A DNA stretch of 64,000 nt from an archaeon. GTDB taxonomy: Archaea > Nanobdellota > Nanobdellia > Pacearchaeales > GW2011-AR1. The notes below the pieces were generated by a model. It did not search any database. It was not told the DNA's origin and saw only the letters and a program-made list of their open reading frames with translations. Location: assembly GCA_021107855.1 (NCBI GenBank), contig JAIORZ010000002.1, positions 64,148 to 128,147 on the forward strand, given 5' to 3'. Shown piece by piece: positions 25,457 to 35,428 of the stretch. How positions within the stretch are numbered: position 1 is the stretch's first letter; every line of letters begins with the position of its first letter. Made by a program: the position numbers and the translations under genes.

Positions 25457-26407
25457 ATGAAAAACATTTTAGTAACAGGAGGAGCAGGCTATATTGGGAG
25501 CGTCTGTGTAAAAAAATTAATTGAAAAAAATAAAAATGTTATAGTTATTGATAATTTATCAAAAGGATTAAAAGAATTAGTTGATAAAAAAGCTAAATTT
25601 TATGAAGGTGATTTATGTGACAAAAATTTTATTGATAGAATTTTTAACGAAAATAAAATTAATGAAGTTATCCATTTTGCAGGATACAAAGCAAGCAGAG
25701 AATCAATGAAAGATGTAATTAAATATTCTCAAAATATCACCGGGACAATTAATCTTCTAGATACTATGATTAAATACAAAGTTAAATTAATTGTCTATTC
25801 CTCATCTGCCGGTGTTTATGGCAACCCAGAAAAGAAAATTATTGACGAAAATTGTAATACAGATCCGATCAATTATTATGGATATACCAAACTCGCATGC
25901 GAAAACCTAATAAAATGGTACTCCAAAATTTACGGCTTAAAATATTGTTTCTTAAGATATTTTAATGTAGCAGGAGATGGCGGACTCGATTATATTGATC
26001 CAGATGCCCAAAACATTTTCCCTATAATTATGGAAGTTATTTTTGGGATAAGAAAAAAATTAGTTATTTTTGGAGAAGATTATAATACTAAAGATGGAAC
26101 ATGTGTTAGAGACTATGTTCATGTATTAGACTTAGTAGATGCCCACATTTCTGCTTTGGATATTAAAAAAAATTGTGCATTAAATTTAGGTAGCGGAGAA
26201 GAATTTTCTCTCAAAGATTTAGTTAATACAACCGAGAAGATTACAGGCAAAAATTTTAATTTTGAATTTGGAGAAAGACAAGATGGTGAACCTGATTTTT
26301 TAATGGCCTCTAATTTGAAAGCTAAAGAAGTTTTGAATTGGACACCCAAATATTCTCTTAGAGACATGATTGAATCTACTTATGAAGTTTATAAGAAAAA
26401 AACTTAA
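25457..26407 (+). CDS. galE: UDP-glucose 4-epimerase (SDR family)
   Basis: The Rossmann motif ILVTGGAGYIGS and the catalytic YGYTK (YxxxK) are present. The product is 316 aa. Confidence 0.85.
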   Translation: MKNILVTGGAGYIGSVCVKKLIEKNKNVIVIDNLSKGLKELVDKKAKFYEGDLCDKNFIDRIFNENKINEVIHFAGYKASRESMKDVIKYSQNITGTINLLDTMIKYKVKLIVYSSSAGVYGNPEKKIIDENCNTDPINYYGYTKLACENLIKWYSKIYGLKYCFLRYFNVAGDGGLDYIDPDAQNIFPIIMEVIFGIRKKLVIFGEDYNTKDGTCVRDYVHVLDLVDAHISALDIKKNCALNLGSGEEFSLKDLVNTTEKITGKNFNFEFGERQDGEPDFLMASNLKAKEVLNWTPKYSLRDMIESTYEVYKKKT

Positions 26408-26435
26408 AGATTCTAATAGTTTTTATTACTTTAGG

Positions 26436-26464
26436 ATAGTACCAAAACACAAACTTTATAAACA
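26436..26464 (+). promoter_or_regulatory. Conserved BRE/TATA promoter module, copy 2 (upstream of GT2 gene)
   Basis: The sequence is atagtaccaaaacacaaactttataaaca. A third, partial copy (cgcaaaactttatatt) lies at 31567..31583 upstream of 31610. Confidence 0.55.
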
Positions 26465-26490
26465 GGATTTTCTCTCAAAATATATACAAA

Positions 26491-27207
26491 ATGGCAAAAA
26501 ACAAAACAAAACAAAAAAGCGTGTCTGTTGTTATCCCTGCACTAAATGAAGAGGAGGCAATCAGAACCGTAATAAAAGAAGTTCCCGTTAATAAAATTAA
26601 GAAAATGGGATATAAAGTTGAAATACTAATTGTTGATAATGGGTCTACTGACGAAACTGGACACATTGCAAAAAAGAACGGAGCGACAGTCTTTGTTCAG
26701 CCCGTAAGAGGTTATGGCAACGCATATAAAGCAGGATTCGCAAATGCTCATTCAGATATTATTATCACTGGAGACGCTGATTGTACCTACCCCTTTGAAG
26801 ATATTCCAAGATTTTTAAAAATAATGGAAGAAGAAAATTTAGATTTTATTAATACCGACAGATTAAGTACTGTCACTAAAGAAGCTATGCACACATCACA
26901 TATTTTTGGGAATTGGTTTTTGGCAACTATTATGAGAAATTTGTGGAAAGGAATTCCATTTAAAGATTCTCAATCTGGAATGTGGATATTCAAAAAAGAA
27001 ATCTGGAATAAATTACATGTTAAATCTTGTGGAATGCCATTCAGTCAAGAGTTAAAAATAGAAGTCTATAAAAAAGGGTTTAAGTGTAAAGAAGTGATCA
27101 TAGATTATAGGGCAAGAGTTGGTGAAGTTAAGCTTGATGGCTGGAAAGATGCTGTAAGAAATACAACTCATCTTTTTATTAAAAGAATGAGCCTAATGGG
27201 GTTCTGA
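26491..27207 (+). CDS. GT2 glycosyltransferase, dolichyl-phosphate sugar synthase-like
   Basis: Typical GT-A family 2 motifs are present: VSVVIPALNEEEAI, VDNGSTDET and GDADCTYP. Confidence 0.75.
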   Translation: MAKNKTKQKSVSVVIPALNEEEAIRTVIKEVPVNKIKKMGYKVEILIVDNGSTDETGHIAKKNGATVFVQPVRGYGNAYKAGFANAHSDIIITGDADCTYPFEDIPRFLKIMEEENLDFINTDRLSTVTKEAMHTSHIFGNWFLATIMRNLWKGIPFKDSQSGMWIFKKEIWNKLHVKSCGMPFSQELKIEVYKKGFKCKEVIIDYRARVGEVKLDGWKDAVRNTTHLFIKRMSLMGF

Positions 27208-27211
27208 GGGG

Positions 27212-28345
27212 ATGGCCAAAAAATTAGCATTAGTTTACGATGCAATTTATCCTTACATAAAAGGCGGAGGAGAAAAGAGATTCTACGAAGTTGCAAAGAA
27301 ATTAGCTAAAGATTATGAAATTCATTTCTATGGTATGAAATTATGGAAAGGAGAAGATGTTATACAAAAAAACGGGATTTATTACCACGGAATTTGTAAA
27401 AATATACCACTTTATACCGATGAAAAAAAAAGATCCATTAGTCAAGCAATTCGTTTTGGGTTTTCTAGTTTTAAATTAATTAAGGAAGATTTCGATGTTA
27501 TTGACTGCTGTGGATTTCCATACTTCTCTCTATTTCCTGCAAAAATCGCTTGTCTAATAAAAGGAAAACCACTAATCACAACTTGGCACGAAGTCTGGGG
27601 AAAAGAATACTGGAAAGAATATATCGGATGGAAAGGTGTCTTCGGATATTGGGTTGAAAAGATGGCTTCTAAGTTGCCAAATAAAATTATTGCAGTTTCA
27701 AGCCATACTTCACAAAGACTTCAAAAAATATTAAAAGTTCCAAAAGAAAAAATAATGATTATTCCAAATGGAATTGAACTAAAAGATTTTAATAAAATCA
27801 AGCCATCAAAAGAAAAATCAGATATAATCTATACGGGAAGGCTTCTTAAAAATAAAAATATAGATTTGTTAATTAGATCAATAAATAGAATAATTAAAGA
27901 TAAGAAATATAAAAGTATCAAATGTATGATTGTGGGAGATGGGCCAGAGAAGGAAAACCTCATTAATCTTACAAAGCAACTAAAATTAGAAAAAAATATT
28001 AAATTTAAAGGGTTCATAGAAAAACACAAAAGAGTTCTATCTTTAATTAAATCAAGTAAAGTTTTTATCTTACCTTCAACAAGAGAAGGATTCGGAATCG
28101 TAGTCATCGAGGCAAACGCACTCGGCACCCCAGTCATCACAATTAACCACCCAGAAAACGCCTCATCCTCTCTAATAAAAAAAGGAGTTAACGGATATAT
28201 CTCAGAATTCAATGAAAATGACTTATCAAAGAAAATAAAAATCGCAATTGATAATTCATATAAGATGGGAAACAAATGTATTGATATGGCTAAGACATAT
28301 GACTGGAATAATGTAATTAAGAAGTTTGAGGGGGTGTATAGATGA
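27212..28345 (+). CDS. GT4 (Glycos_transf_1) glycosyltransferase
   Basis: The C-terminal signature reads LPSTREGFGIVVIEANALGTPVI, in a 377-aa GT-B layout. Confidence 0.75.
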   Translation: MAKKLALVYDAIYPYIKGGGEKRFYEVAKKLAKDYEIHFYGMKLWKGEDVIQKNGIYYHGICKNIPLYTDEKKRSISQAIRFGFSSFKLIKEDFDVIDCCGFPYFSLFPAKIACLIKGKPLITTWHEVWGKEYWKEYIGWKGVFGYWVEKMASKLPNKIIAVSSHTSQRLQKILKVPKEKIMIIPNGIELKDFNKIKPSKEKSDIIYTGRLLKNKNIDLLIRSINRIIKDKKYKSIKCMIVGDGPEKENLINLTKQLKLEKNIKFKGFIEKHKRVLSLIKSSKVFILPSTREGFGIVVIEANALGTPVITINHPENASSSLIKKGVNGYISEFNENDLSKKIKIAIDNSYKMGNKCIDMAKTYDWNNVIKKFEGVYR

Positions 28346-29253
28346 AAACTTCATTTGTAATAATTGCATATAACGAAGAAAATACCATAGCCAATTGTAT
28401 CGATTCTATTCTAAAACAGAAGGGATTAGGTAGTTATGAAATAGTGATTGTAAACGATGCATCAAAGGATAATACAGCAAAAGTTGTAAAAGAGATTAGG
28501 AGTAAAAATATTAATCTAATAAGTTTGAAAGAAAATAAAGGGAGAGGGAACGCAAGAGACACTGGAGTAAGAAATACCAAAGGAGAATATATTGCCTTTA
28601 TTGATGCGGACATAGTTTTACCAAAAAATTGGCTAAAGACTTGCATGACTTATATTAGAAAATACGATGCGGTTGGTGGAATTGCAGTTCCTGATGGAGA
28701 CGTAGCATACCTCTACAATAAATTTAGACTAAAGCCAAAAACAGTATCACACACAACAGAGATCACAGGAAGTAATTCACTATACAAGAAAGATATTTTC
28801 AAAAAAATTAAATTTAATAAGAATTTGAGGGGCGGGGAAGACACAGATCTGAGTTGGAACATAGAGAAAAATGGATTTAAAATTAAAGCTATTCCAAATT
28901 TAATCGTAGATCATAGAGAAGATATAACCTATCGAAGATCGCTGGAGAGGATCAGTTCTTTTGGAAGAGGCGCAACAAAACTCTTAGCAAACAACAGGAA
29001 AATTCGTTTAGCAGATTTGGCATTCTTTGGATTTTTATTCTTATTAATCGGAAACTTAATTTTACTTTTGATTGGAGAAACAAAATATCTCATACTAATT
29101 ATTCTATATCCTCTTCTGACAAGTTTCTTACATATATCCTCTAAATTTAAAATAACTAATATCTCTGGGTTTATATTTGCAGGTCTTTTTAATTACATTT
29201 TTATCTTAGCCTATTACTCAGGAAGGATTGTAGGATTTTTTAAAAATGAATAA
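28342..29253 (+). CDS. GT2 glycosyltransferase with C-terminal membrane helices
   Basis: Motifs SFVIIAYNEENTIANCIDSIL, VNDASKDNT and FIDADIV are present. Two or three TM helices lie at the C-terminus. The start overlaps the previous gene by 4 nt. Confidence 0.75.
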   Translation: MKTSFVIIAYNEENTIANCIDSILKQKGLGSYEIVIVNDASKDNTAKVVKEIRSKNINLISLKENKGRGNARDTGVRNTKGEYIAFIDADIVLPKNWLKTCMTYIRKYDAVGGIAVPDGDVAYLYNKFRLKPKTVSHTTEITGSNSLYKKDIFKKIKFNKNLRGGEDTDLSWNIEKNGFKIKAIPNLIVDHREDITYRRSLERISSFGRGATKLLANNRKIRLADLAFFGFLFLLIGNLILLLIGETKYLILIILYPLLTSFLHISSKFKITNISGFIFAGLFNYIFILAYYSGRIVGFFKNE

Positions 29254-31549
29254 AATGAAAATTTTAGGTAATCAGATGGACATTACAATAAATAAGATTT
29301 TCTATAGCATGCTAACATTTATGATTCTAATGGATATCTTGATTATTTCTAATTTAAATGTGTTTTATTTTGGAACAATTTTATCATTTTTATTTATAAT
29401 AATTATCCCAGGACTTTTAATCATGTTAGCACTAAAAATCCGAGGGGTTGGGTTTTGGGAATACATTTTATATATTGTTGGACTTAGTATTTCATTTATC
29501 ATGCTTGCAGGATTAACCATTAACTGGATTTTACCATGGCTAAACATTACAGATAAACCTTTAGCGACTTGGCCAATATTAATTTGTTTTAATTTATTCT
29601 TAATCGTTTTATGGATTATTGCGAAGAAGAGAACCCGAGATATTAAATCATTTAAATTTCGACCTAGGAGATTAGATATATTAAATACAGTTATGTTTAC
29701 GGTTCCAATACTCTTCCCTGCCCTTGCAGTTCTTGGAGCACTTCTATTGAATAATGATGGATCGAATATTTTGTCGATGACGATGTTAGCGGGAATAGCG
29801 ATTTATGTCTTTGCGGTTATTTTCTTTAGAGAAAAGTTAAATCCGAATATTTATCCCTGGGCCATCTTAATGATAAGTATATCTTTGTTACTTATGTTCA
29901 GCTTAAGAAGTTGGAATATCAGCGGATTTGATATACACGAAGAATATCATGTATTCCAGCTAACAAAAAATACTCTTCATTGGAGCCCTTCAAATTTGCC
30001 AGGACACGCCTATAATACGTGCCTAAGTATTACAATATTGCCAACAATATTATCATGGTTTTTAATGATTAATGACCAATTCCTTTTCAAAATATTTTTC
30101 CAGATTATTCTTAGCTTTGTCCCCGTGGGAGTTTACTTAATAGCAAATAGATACATAGAAAAGAAATGGGCATTTTTAGCAAGTTTTTTCTTTATGTCCC
30201 AATGGACATTCATTAATGAGATGCCTGCATTAATTAGAGAAAATATAGCAATCTTATTTTTTACTCTTGTCATACTAATATTTTTTAATAAAGATAATAT
30301 AAATCCCTCTATAAAAAAAGCATTTTTTCTCATCTTTGGAATTAGTGTGATTTTTTCTCATTATAGCACCTCCTATCTAATGAACGTAACTTTTATTTTA
30401 GCTCTTTTATTTTTGATTACAGTAAGTTTTTATAAAAGATTCTTGAAGAAAGAAAGAACAAAGAAAGAACAAAATCATAAGATTATAAAATTTGGCACTA
30501 TATTAATTCTAATATTATTCTTATCGACATTCGTATGGAATATTCAATTAACAGAATCTTCAGGAGGATTGGTTAAGTTAGTCAAAGAGGTAGTTTATGA
30601 CACAAAAAATATTCTAAGTTATGAAGCCATGGCAGGGGAGTCCCAAAAAATATTATTAAAAATTATAGACAAAAATCAAGAGACAACAAAAAATTTCAAA
30701 AACTTCATTAGCGATACGGAAAATGACTATTTTTATAAAAAAATAAGTAGAGAGGATTATCAAAGATATACCTCCAATTTGATAACTCGAGAATACAAGG
30801 AACCTATCAATAAGAGCTTTTGGAAGATTTCTGCAAAGACATTATCTTTAATAACAATAGCTTCATTCCTATTCTTAATTCTTGGGTTAATTTCAATGTT
30901 ATTTTCCAAGAAGATAGATATAGAGTATAAGATGCTTTCAATGGTTTTAATGTTCATGTTGTTTCTGGTTTTGTTATTACCGACGGCATCATCATACTAC
31001 AATCCAATAAGGCTATATCAACAAATATTAATAATGGTATCAATTGCAGAAATAATTGGGATAATTACTTTCTTTAAGATTATTAAAGTAAAACCGAAGG
31101 CACTTGTAATAGTAGGATTTTTTATTTTTTATTTTTTATTTTATTCAGGATTTATGCAAGAGTTGACTGGGGGGAATTCCTTAACCGCAGATTCTTATGC
31201 ACTTAATAGCAATAGCGATTATTATTATTTTTATTATTCTCATAATTCGGAAGTGGATTCAGCAATATGGTTATCTCAAAATAGGGATAGTTCCATGATT
31301 TTTGCAGACGAGGTCGCGAGTCTAAGATTGTATTCTTTTGGCGGCATGCGGGGATTTAAGTTCGATGTCATTCCCCAAACTATAGAAAAGAAGTCATATG
31401 TATATCTTGATGTTCGTAATAAATTTAAGGAAGAAGCCTACAAAAGATATCTAAGTAAATATGGCTTTAGGTACAACTTCCCAACGGATTTTCTCAATGA
31501 AAACAAAAACCTTATTTACTCCAATGACGAAAGTGATATTTTTAAATAA
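29246..31549 (+). CDS. Large polytopic membrane protein (767 aa), DUF2206-like; possible glycan polymerase or GT-C-type transferase
   Basis: The protein has more than 15 predicted hydrophobic helices plus a soluble C-terminal domain. It sits in a glycosyltransferase cluster. The family assignment is from memory of archaeal DUF2206 architecture only. Confidence 0.5.
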   Translation: MNKMKILGNQMDITINKIFYSMLTFMILMDILIISNLNVFYFGTILSFLFIIIIPGLLIMLALKIRGVGFWEYILYIVGLSISFIMLAGLTINWILPWLNITDKPLATWPILICFNLFLIVLWIIAKKRTRDIKSFKFRPRRLDILNTVMFTVPILFPALAVLGALLLNNDGSNILSMTMLAGIAIYVFAVIFFREKLNPNIYPWAILMISISLLLMFSLRSWNISGFDIHEEYHVFQLTKNTLHWSPSNLPGHAYNTCLSITILPTILSWFLMINDQFLFKIFFQIILSFVPVGVYLIANRYIEKKWAFLASFFFMSQWTFINEMPALIRENIAILFFTLVILIFFNKDNINPSIKKAFFLIFGISVIFSHYSTSYLMNVTFILALLFLITVSFYKRFLKKERTKKEQNHKIIKFGTILILILFLSTFVWNIQLTESSGGLVKLVKEVVYDTKNILSYEAMAGESQKILLKIIDKNQETTKNFKNFISDTENDYFYKKISREDYQRYTSNLITREYKEPINKSFWKISAKTLSLITIASFLFLILGLISMLFSKKIDIEYKMLSMVLMFMLFLVLLLPTASSYYNPIRLYQQILIMVSIAEIIGIITFFKIIKVKPKALVIVGFFIFYFLFYSGFMQELTGGNSLTADSYALNSNSDYYYFYYSHNSEVDSAIWLSQNRDSSMIFADEVASLRLYSFGGMRGFKFDVIPQTIEKKSYVYLDVRNKFKEEAYKRYLSKYGFRYNFPTDFLNENKNLIYSNDESDIFK

Positions 31550-31609
31550 TATTAACAAATTAAATTCGCAAAACTTTATATTATTGAATAAACATTAATT
31601 CTCATAAAA

Positions 31610-33217
31610 ATGGAAAAAATTAATTCAACAAAACAAATACTTAATTTTAGAATATTTATTTTTTTAATTTTAGTATTTACTATCTTCAATATTTCTATAA
31701 TTCTTGCATCAGAAACATCAGTCCAAACATGCAATCAGTCCTGGTTAGATTTTGATGGAATTAATGACGGGGTTGTTATTCCTTTTATAAATACCTCTTC
31801 TGAATTAACTTATACTTTTTGGTTTAAAAGAAATAATATAACAATAACTCAAGATCCCTTTGCTGAAATGAATGGTTTAATTAGAACTACCTCTACACAA
31901 ATTTTATATTGGCCAAATACTGATAATGGGAACAAAGCTTTAGATTATACTCCTGATAAAAATTGGACTTTTATAGCAGTTACGCATCAAGGAAATAAAT
32001 GCTCAATTTATAAAGATAATTCTAGTGTGGCTAGTTTTGCAGATTGTAGTACTATAAATACTAAAAATGCTGTAAATAATCTTGGTTCATATGGAATTTT
32101 TAATCATGTAAATGGTTCTATTGATGATGTCAGAATATTTAATCGTTCTTTGGGCTCTGAGGCAGTTATGGACATTTATTATAAACAAAGAGATCCTATT
32201 CCCTTACAATCTGGGGTTGTTGTTGTTAGTTATCATAATGTAGATAATATTGACACTACTTATTATGTTAATTTGACTAATTTTGATGCTCAAATGAGTT
32301 GGCTTAATAATTCAGGCTACACTTCTATAACTTATAGAGATTTTGTAAAATATACTCAAGGAAAATATATTTTGCCTGAAAAGCCTATTATTATTAGTTT
32401 TGATGATGGAAGCCTAAATGTTTACACAAATGCTTTTACAATTATGAAGAACTATGGATTTATTGGTTGTGCAAATATTATTTCTAGTCTTGTCGGAAAT
32501 GCTGGGAAAATGTCTTATACCCAGATTCAAGATTTATCAGATTCAGGTTGGGAGATAGTTTCTCATTCACAAACTCATTGTAATTTTATAACTTCCTGCA
32601 ATACCCCTCAAGATTGGATAAATGAATTTAATAATAGTAAAAGTTCTCTTGAAGGAAATTTAACAGGTGTTAATATTACAAGTTTTATTTATCCCTTTAC
32701 AACTTATAATGATACTTCAAATAGTTATGCAGATGATTATTATACTTTTGTTGGAGGTTATGATTGGTATAATCCTATTACAAAAATATTAGATTATGGG
32801 TATAAACATACTAATCCTATTGGAGGTTTAGATAGATTTGGATTAACTAATACTACCACCTTAAATATGTTTCAACATGCAGTTCTCCAAAATAATGATT
32901 TAAAAATGCAATTAAACTTTGATGAAAACTCTAGCACAATTGCCTATGATTCTTCAGGCAATGAAAATCATGGCATAATTTCAGGGACCACTTGGAATAG
33001 TGAAGAAACTTGTACAATAGAATACCCCATTGATCAAAGACTTTCAATATTAGAGTCATGGAAACAAACTATTGATATATGGAGAACAACAATAACTAAC
33101 ACTATAAATGGGCTAATAACAAAAACAGACAACCAACAAGAAGAAATTAATATTCTTAAATCAAGAGTTTCTGATTTAGAAAATCAAACCCTCTTGATTA
33201 TTAATGGGACTCTTTAA
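31610..33217 (+). CDS. Secreted LamG-like plus polysaccharide deacetylase (NodB) protein
   Basis: The LamG/concanavalin-like part reads LDFDGINDGVVIPF...GSIDDVRIFNRSL. NodB motifs IIISFDDGS and VSHSQTH are present. A second LamG-like fragment reads LNFDENSSTIAYDSSGNENHGII. Confidence 0.65.
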   Translation: MEKINSTKQILNFRIFIFLILVFTIFNISIILASETSVQTCNQSWLDFDGINDGVVIPFINTSSELTYTFWFKRNNITITQDPFAEMNGLIRTTSTQILYWPNTDNGNKALDYTPDKNWTFIAVTHQGNKCSIYKDNSSVASFADCSTINTKNAVNNLGSYGIFNHVNGSIDDVRIFNRSLGSEAVMDIYYKQRDPIPLQSGVVVVSYHNVDNIDTTYYVNLTNFDAQMSWLNNSGYTSITYRDFVKYTQGKYILPEKPIIISFDDGSLNVYTNAFTIMKNYGFIGCANIISSLVGNAGKMSYTQIQDLSDSGWEIVSHSQTHCNFITSCNTPQDWINEFNNSKSSLEGNLTGVNITSFIYPFTTYNDTSNSYADDYYTFVGGYDWYNPITKILDYGYKHTNPIGGLDRFGLTNTTTLNMFQHAVLQNNDLKMQLNFDENSSTIAYDSSGNENHGIISGTTWNSEETCTIEYPIDQRLSILESWKQTIDIWRTTITNTINGLITKTDNQQEEINILKSRVSDLENQTLLIINGTL

Positions 33218-33220
33218 AAA

Positions 33221-35296
33221 CTAGTTAAATTTTCCCAGCCAACCATTTCTTCTGCTCCAAACATACAAAATAATTAATAAAACCACTGTAATTCCGATAA
33301 CTAATAAAACTATTATTCCGGAAACATATTTCTCCAATTCTCCAAGTATTGCTTTTCCTGTTCCAGCATTTTTCCCTATTTTTATCTCATCTTTTTGATT
33401 CTTGACTTCTTCTTCTATCTTTGGGCGCACATCAATATTTCCGCTATTGTTATCTTGGTTAGTTAGGTTGGTGTAAATATTATTTGTGGCGTTTGCGTTT
33501 GCATGGGGATTACTTCCATCCCCTCCCCCACTACTTTCTGAAGATGAATCTTGTGGAGGAATATCTGTATCAGGAAGAAGGGTAGAACCTTCAGCAGTAT
33601 TAATTAAATATTTAATTTCATATTCATCTAAAACTCCAATATTAATTATGTTATTATTATCTGAGAGATAAACTTCATTAGTTTCTAAATCTTTGAGATT
33701 AGAATAAGAATTTCCAGATAAAACTAAACTTACATTGGTTTTATTTCCAGTATTGATTATTGTAATATATTGGACATCATCTTGTTTTTTGCTTGCAACA
33801 ACTTTAATGCTGTTTGATGAAGAATTACTTCTAACAACCATGCTCCCTGCAGAATGGTATGTGGCGAAATTTTTAGGAATTGTATAAGCTGGATAGTAAG
33901 TTTGCACTGGATTGTCTAAGCCCGCCTCGCTCACACTTGAATAAATTGCAGGATATTCGGGATAATTACTTGGACAATTAAAGTATGAAACTGGATCATC
34001 CCAATGATAAGGCATCTCTGTAATTTTCTCTGGATAATGATTTAAAATATCTTGTAAAAAGTAAGCTATGTTTGCCTTGTATTCATCACTTTGTCCTAAA
34101 GATTGATTTTTAAGTATATTAGCAGCTGTTGTCCCGTGTGGTTGCCACTCATCTAAATAAACATGAGAACATTCTGCATCATATACGGCACATTGAGTAA
34201 AAAGATAATTTAATTCAGAAGAAACCATGGGATAATTAATATAGTTTTCATAATATGGATGATAACTAAAACTTTTATGTTGAGAACTTAAATTACTTAA
34301 CATCATTCGTGTAAATGCACTTATACTTGAAGTTGTTACTGCATCTTGCGCCCCCCTCCAACCAACTATTTCTATATTTGAATTATAATATTTGAAAGTA
34401 TTGAAAGTATTATTAAATAAAATAACAAAATCTGTTTTAGCTGAATAACTTGGCAGTTTACCTTCAAAGAAAAAAATGTCGGGCTCATTCCAAATTTCAA
34501 TTTTTGTTACATTCCTATATCGGTCTACTCTCTTATAAAAATCTAAAACAATATTATTCCATTTAGTATAATTACTTGCAGGACAATATCGTAAGTTTAG
34601 ACAATTTCCACTCGAATTATCAGCTAACCAAGGCGGCATATAACCCATAATAATTATAGAAGTTATATTATTCTCATAGTCCCAAATTAATTGATTTTGG
34701 ATATCCGTTAGGTCTCCTTGCATATTTATTCCAGAATCTTCTGAAGTATTAAAATAATAATTTTCTAAATAAGTATCATAATAAGTAATTTTAGCTCCAC
34801 TATCTAAAAAAGTCTCTTGTTGCCAAGTATAATTTCTTGGAGTTTCATAAACTCCGTCACAATTTGTGTCTATCGAACCACTTACTAATATTGGAGATTG
34901 AAGTCCTACACCATAAAAATCACCCCTTATCACCCCAATCTCCGAAGAGAAATCCACACTAATTAAAACCCCTGGATCTTCCGACCCAAGAATAACATAC
35001 CCATTCATAAAATTTCCTGGACTTAAAATAAAGAAAAAAGTAAATATAGAAACACAAACAAACAAAAGGATTGCACCAATTATTTTTATAGGATAACCCT
35101 TATGGCGATGGGTTACTTTTGAAGAAAAACGTATTAGCCTATTGTCGTCTTCAAGCCCATGATTAATTAAGATATTTCTTAAATGAGAAAGACTGTGTCG
35201 CTTTCTTAAACCATCACTAACCCAATTCGCAAGTTCCTTATCGCTAATATCGGGCTTTGATTTCTTTTTTACAAAAATATTTCTGGGCCTCCTCAT
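33221..35296 (-). CDS. Membrane-anchored clan GH-A-like glycoside hydrolase (691 aa)
   Basis: The protein has an N-terminal cytoplasmic segment, a TM helix, and a catalytic-type IEIWNEPD motif (the NEP acid/base of GH5/GH39-type enzymes). A C-terminal TM helix is also present. Confidence 0.5.
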   Translation of the reverse strand: MRRPRNIFVKKKSKPDISDKELANWVSDGLRKRHSLSHLRNILINHGLEDDNRLIRFSSKVTHRHKGYPIKIIGAILLFVCVSIFTFFFILSPGNFMNGYVILGSEDPGVLISVDFSSEIGVIRGDFYGVGLQSPILVSGSIDTNCDGVYETPRNYTWQQETFLDSGAKITYYDTYLENYYFNTSEDSGINMQGDLTDIQNQLIWDYENNITSIIIMGYMPPWLADNSSGNCLNLRYCPASNYTKWNNIVLDFYKRVDRYRNVTKIEIWNEPDIFFFEGKLPSYSAKTDFVILFNNTFNTFKYYNSNIEIVGWRGAQDAVTTSSISAFTRMMLSNLSSQHKSFSYHPYYENYINYPMVSSELNYLFTQCAVYDAECSHVYLDEWQPHGTTAANILKNQSLGQSDEYKANIAYFLQDILNHYPEKITEMPYHWDDPVSYFNCPSNYPEYPAIYSSVSEAGLDNPVQTYYPAYTIPKNFATYHSAGSMVVRSNSSSNSIKVVASKKQDDVQYITIINTGNKTNVSLVLSGNSYSNLKDLETNEVYLSDNNNIINIGVLDEYEIKYLINTAEGSTLLPDTDIPPQDSSSESSGGGDGSNPHANANATNNIYTNLTNQDNNSGNIDVRPKIEEEVKNQKDEIKIGKNAGTGKAILGELEKYVSGIIVLLVIGITVVLLIILYVWSRRNGWLGKFN

Positions 35297-35428
35297 TTAT
35301 TTTTATCGTCTTTTTTCTTGCCCCTTTTTATCTAATATTATGTAGCTCTTCGTTTATAAAAATTCATAGGCTTAAACATCTATATAAAATTATGTCGATT
35401 TGTTCTAAATATAAAGATATCTGTAGAA

